Below are positions 61,630-64,000 of a DNA stretch of 64,000 bases, piece after piece. Below the pieces are notes generated by a model. It did no database searches and was not told the origin of the DNA. It saw nothing but the letters and a program-made list of their open reading frames with translations. The DNA lies in contig NC_092385.1 in the NCBI RefSeq assembly GCF_030028105.1, positions 56,965,433 through 57,029,432 on the forward strand. The letters run 5' to 3'. The DNA comes from Mobula birostris. Taxonomy: Eukaryota. The translations under genes and the position numbers were made by a program. Within the stretch, counting starts at the first letter, position 1. Each line of letters starts with the position of its first letter.

Positions 61630-62150
61630 AAAGGTCAAAGTCAAAGTAAATTTATTATCAAAGTCACTGTATGATACCTTGAGATTCGTTGTCCTGCAGG
61701 CATTTATGGGACAGTAAAGACACAGCAGAAGCTGTGCAAACTGTTCATAAACACAGCCACTGACAAACAAACAGTGACTGAACAACGAGTTGTGGCGTTC
61801 TGGAAAGTGAGACTGCAGGTTGTGGAATCGGTTCAAAGTTCAAAGTGAATTTTACTATCAAAATACATACTGTGTATGTCACCATTTACAAGCCTGAGAT
61901 TCAATTTCTTGTGGGCACGCTCGGCAAACTTCAACTTCAGTGTTGGGGTGAGTGAAATTATCCCCGCTGGTTCAGGAGCCTGATGGCTGGCTGGTGATAA
62001 CTGTTCCCAATCCTGGTAGAGTGGGATCTATGGCTCCAGTACCGTCTACCAGATGGTAGCAGCAAGTAGCGAGCACGTCTCAGATAATGGATGGTCTTCC
62101 TCCCAGCGGCCAACGCGACTTGTGCAGTTTCTGACGGGAGACTGGTTGAA
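61630..62150 (-). mobile_element. Two stacked Rex1-type 3' tails
   Basis: Plus strand TCAAAGTCAAAGTAAATTTATTATCAAAG and TTCAAAGTTCAAAGTGAATTTTACTATCAAA are reverse complements of the (ACTTTG)n tail. Confidence 0.7.
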
Positions 62151-62171
62151 CTGAAATTTCACCCACAGATT

Positions 62172-63690
62172 CTGACCATAAGATCTGGGAGCAGAATCAG
62201 GCCATTCGGGCCGTCGAGTCTGATCTTCCATTCGATCCTGGCTGAGGCTCACTCTCCTGCCTTCTTCCTAGAACCTTTGATGTCCTGACTAATCACGAAC
62301 CTATCAACCTCTGCTTTAAATATACCCAAACACTTGGCTTCCACAGCTGTCTGTGCCAATGAATTCCACAGATTCTCCATCCCCTAGTTAAAGAAATTCT
62401 CCTTATCTCTGTTCCAAAGGACGCCCTTGTATCCTGAGGCTGTTCCCTCTGGTCTGAGACTCCTCCGCTATTGGAAACATCCTCTGCATATTCATTCTAT
62501 CTAAGCCCTTCAATCATTGATAGGTTTAGGTAAGATCTCACACCATATTTCTAAACTCCCGCGAGTACAGACCCAGAGCCCTTCATATGTTAACCCTTTC
62601 ATTCCTGGCTTCCTCTGGACCCTCTCCAATGCCAGCACATCTTTTAGTAGATAAGAGACCCAAATCTGCTCACAGTATTGTCACATGTGGTCTGACCAGT
62701 ACCTTACAAAGCCTCACATCACATCCTGCACCCTCTCTAGCGTAATCACATCCCTCCTGCAGGACATTGTACACATGTACCAGTCCAAGCTTCAACAAGA
62801 ACACACAAAAATAGGAGCAGCTGTAGGCCCCTCTCACCAAGCAGTATGATCATGGTGGATAAACGATCGCCTCAGCCTTCTGCTGAGCCAAATCCCCATG
62901 GCCCTCAACTGCCTGATCTTTCCAAAATGTATCTAGCTCCACTGAAATCTATCTAATGATCCACCTTAAAATGCATTTAACAATTCAGCCTCCAGCGTCA
63001 GGGACAGAGAATTGCAGAGATTCACCATCCTCTGCAAAAAGAAAGTTCTATTAACCTCCACTTTAAAAGACCAGCGCTCTTCCCTTGTGACCATGTCTCC
63101 TTTTCTTCCAGACTCTCTCACTGGTGGGAACTTCTCAACATCGACCCTGACAAATCCCCTTCAGGATCTTGTAGGCCTCATTCTTCTAAAGAATACAGAC
63201 CAGAAGACCTAGGGGCAGAATTAGGCCATTCAGCCCATCAAGTCTGCTCTGCCATTCCATCATGGCTGATTTATCATCTCTCTCAACCCCATTGTCCTGC
63301 CTTCTCCCTGTAACATCTGACACCCTTACTAATCAAGAACCTATCAACCTCCACTTTAAATATACCCAATGACTTGATTTCTACAGCCATTGGAGGGTTC
63401 AAATTACAAAGAGACTGAATGGGTTGGGGCTGTTTTCCTGAGAATGAAGGAGACTGACTGGTGACTTTACAAATGTTTATTAAACCACAAGGAGCGTAGT
63501 AAGGTGAATGGTTTCAGTCTTTTCCCAAGCGGATAAGTCTAAAATGAGGGGGCACAGGCTTAAGGTGAAGGAGAAAGATTTAAAGTAGATAAGAAGGACA
63601 AGTTTTCCCACGGAGTTTGGTGGATGTATGGAATGAGCTGCTGGGTGAGTTGGTAGAGGTGGGTATTATTACCACATTTAAAAGACATTT
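62172..63690. mobile_element. Cluster of CR1 3' fragments (minus 62172-63390, plus 63400-63690)
   Basis: AGGCCATTCGGGCC/AGGCCATTCAGCCC 3' UTR starts, GAATTCCACAGATTC, and a plus-strand GLFS..RRLTGD..GHRLKV remnant. Confidence 0.75.
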
Positions 63691-64000
63691 CAAGATTCAA
63701 GGTTGTTTAACGTGATTTCTAGTACACAAGTGTAAAGCAGAATGAAATAATTGTTACTCTGGACCCGATGAGGTGCATAAAAGAAACACAGTGCTAACTT
63801 ATGTTCATTGATTGTACGCCCATAATGTGACACTAGGCACAGGAGTGTCTGTACATTAGCTGACTCTGACTGGATATGATTAGGTTGTAGTTTACCCATA
63901 AACCTGTCCTCTCTGTAGGTTGGAAAGGAGAGGTTCAGAGCAGGGGTTATGCTAAGGACCCCTACCATGGACCCTAGGTTTGGAACCTGTGGTTCAGAGG

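Overview
Eukaryotic, repeat-saturated vertebrate DNA. The repeat families (HE1-like SINEs, CR1, Rex1-type LINEs, Penelope) point to a cartilaginous fish, probably a ray; this is an inference. Bases 1-13.1 kb are a purine-rich satellite made of a constant 16-nt core plus 2/6/7-nt linkers, with higher-order cassettes; its long His/Pro/Ser ORFs are artefacts. The rest is a stack of decayed, nested retroelements: Rex1-type, CR1, L1, Nimb/I, R4/Dong-like and HERO-like LINEs, three Gypsy elements, a solo LTR, SINEs and Penelope elements carrying minimal hammerhead ribozymes. Main observations: (i) a ~190-bp Penelope-derived hairpin whose fold-back point is the hammerhead cleavage site, inserted into the hammerhead motif of an older copy; (ii) twin-priming-like 5' inversions in a Rex1-type and a HERO-like element; (iii) a near-identical 5,241-bp tandem duplication; (iv) candidate minus-strand host exons near 58.6-61.6 kb that I cannot name. 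No intact transposon ORF, rRNA, tRNA gene or CRISPR array was seen. All alignments were done by eye and boundaries of old fragments are approximate.
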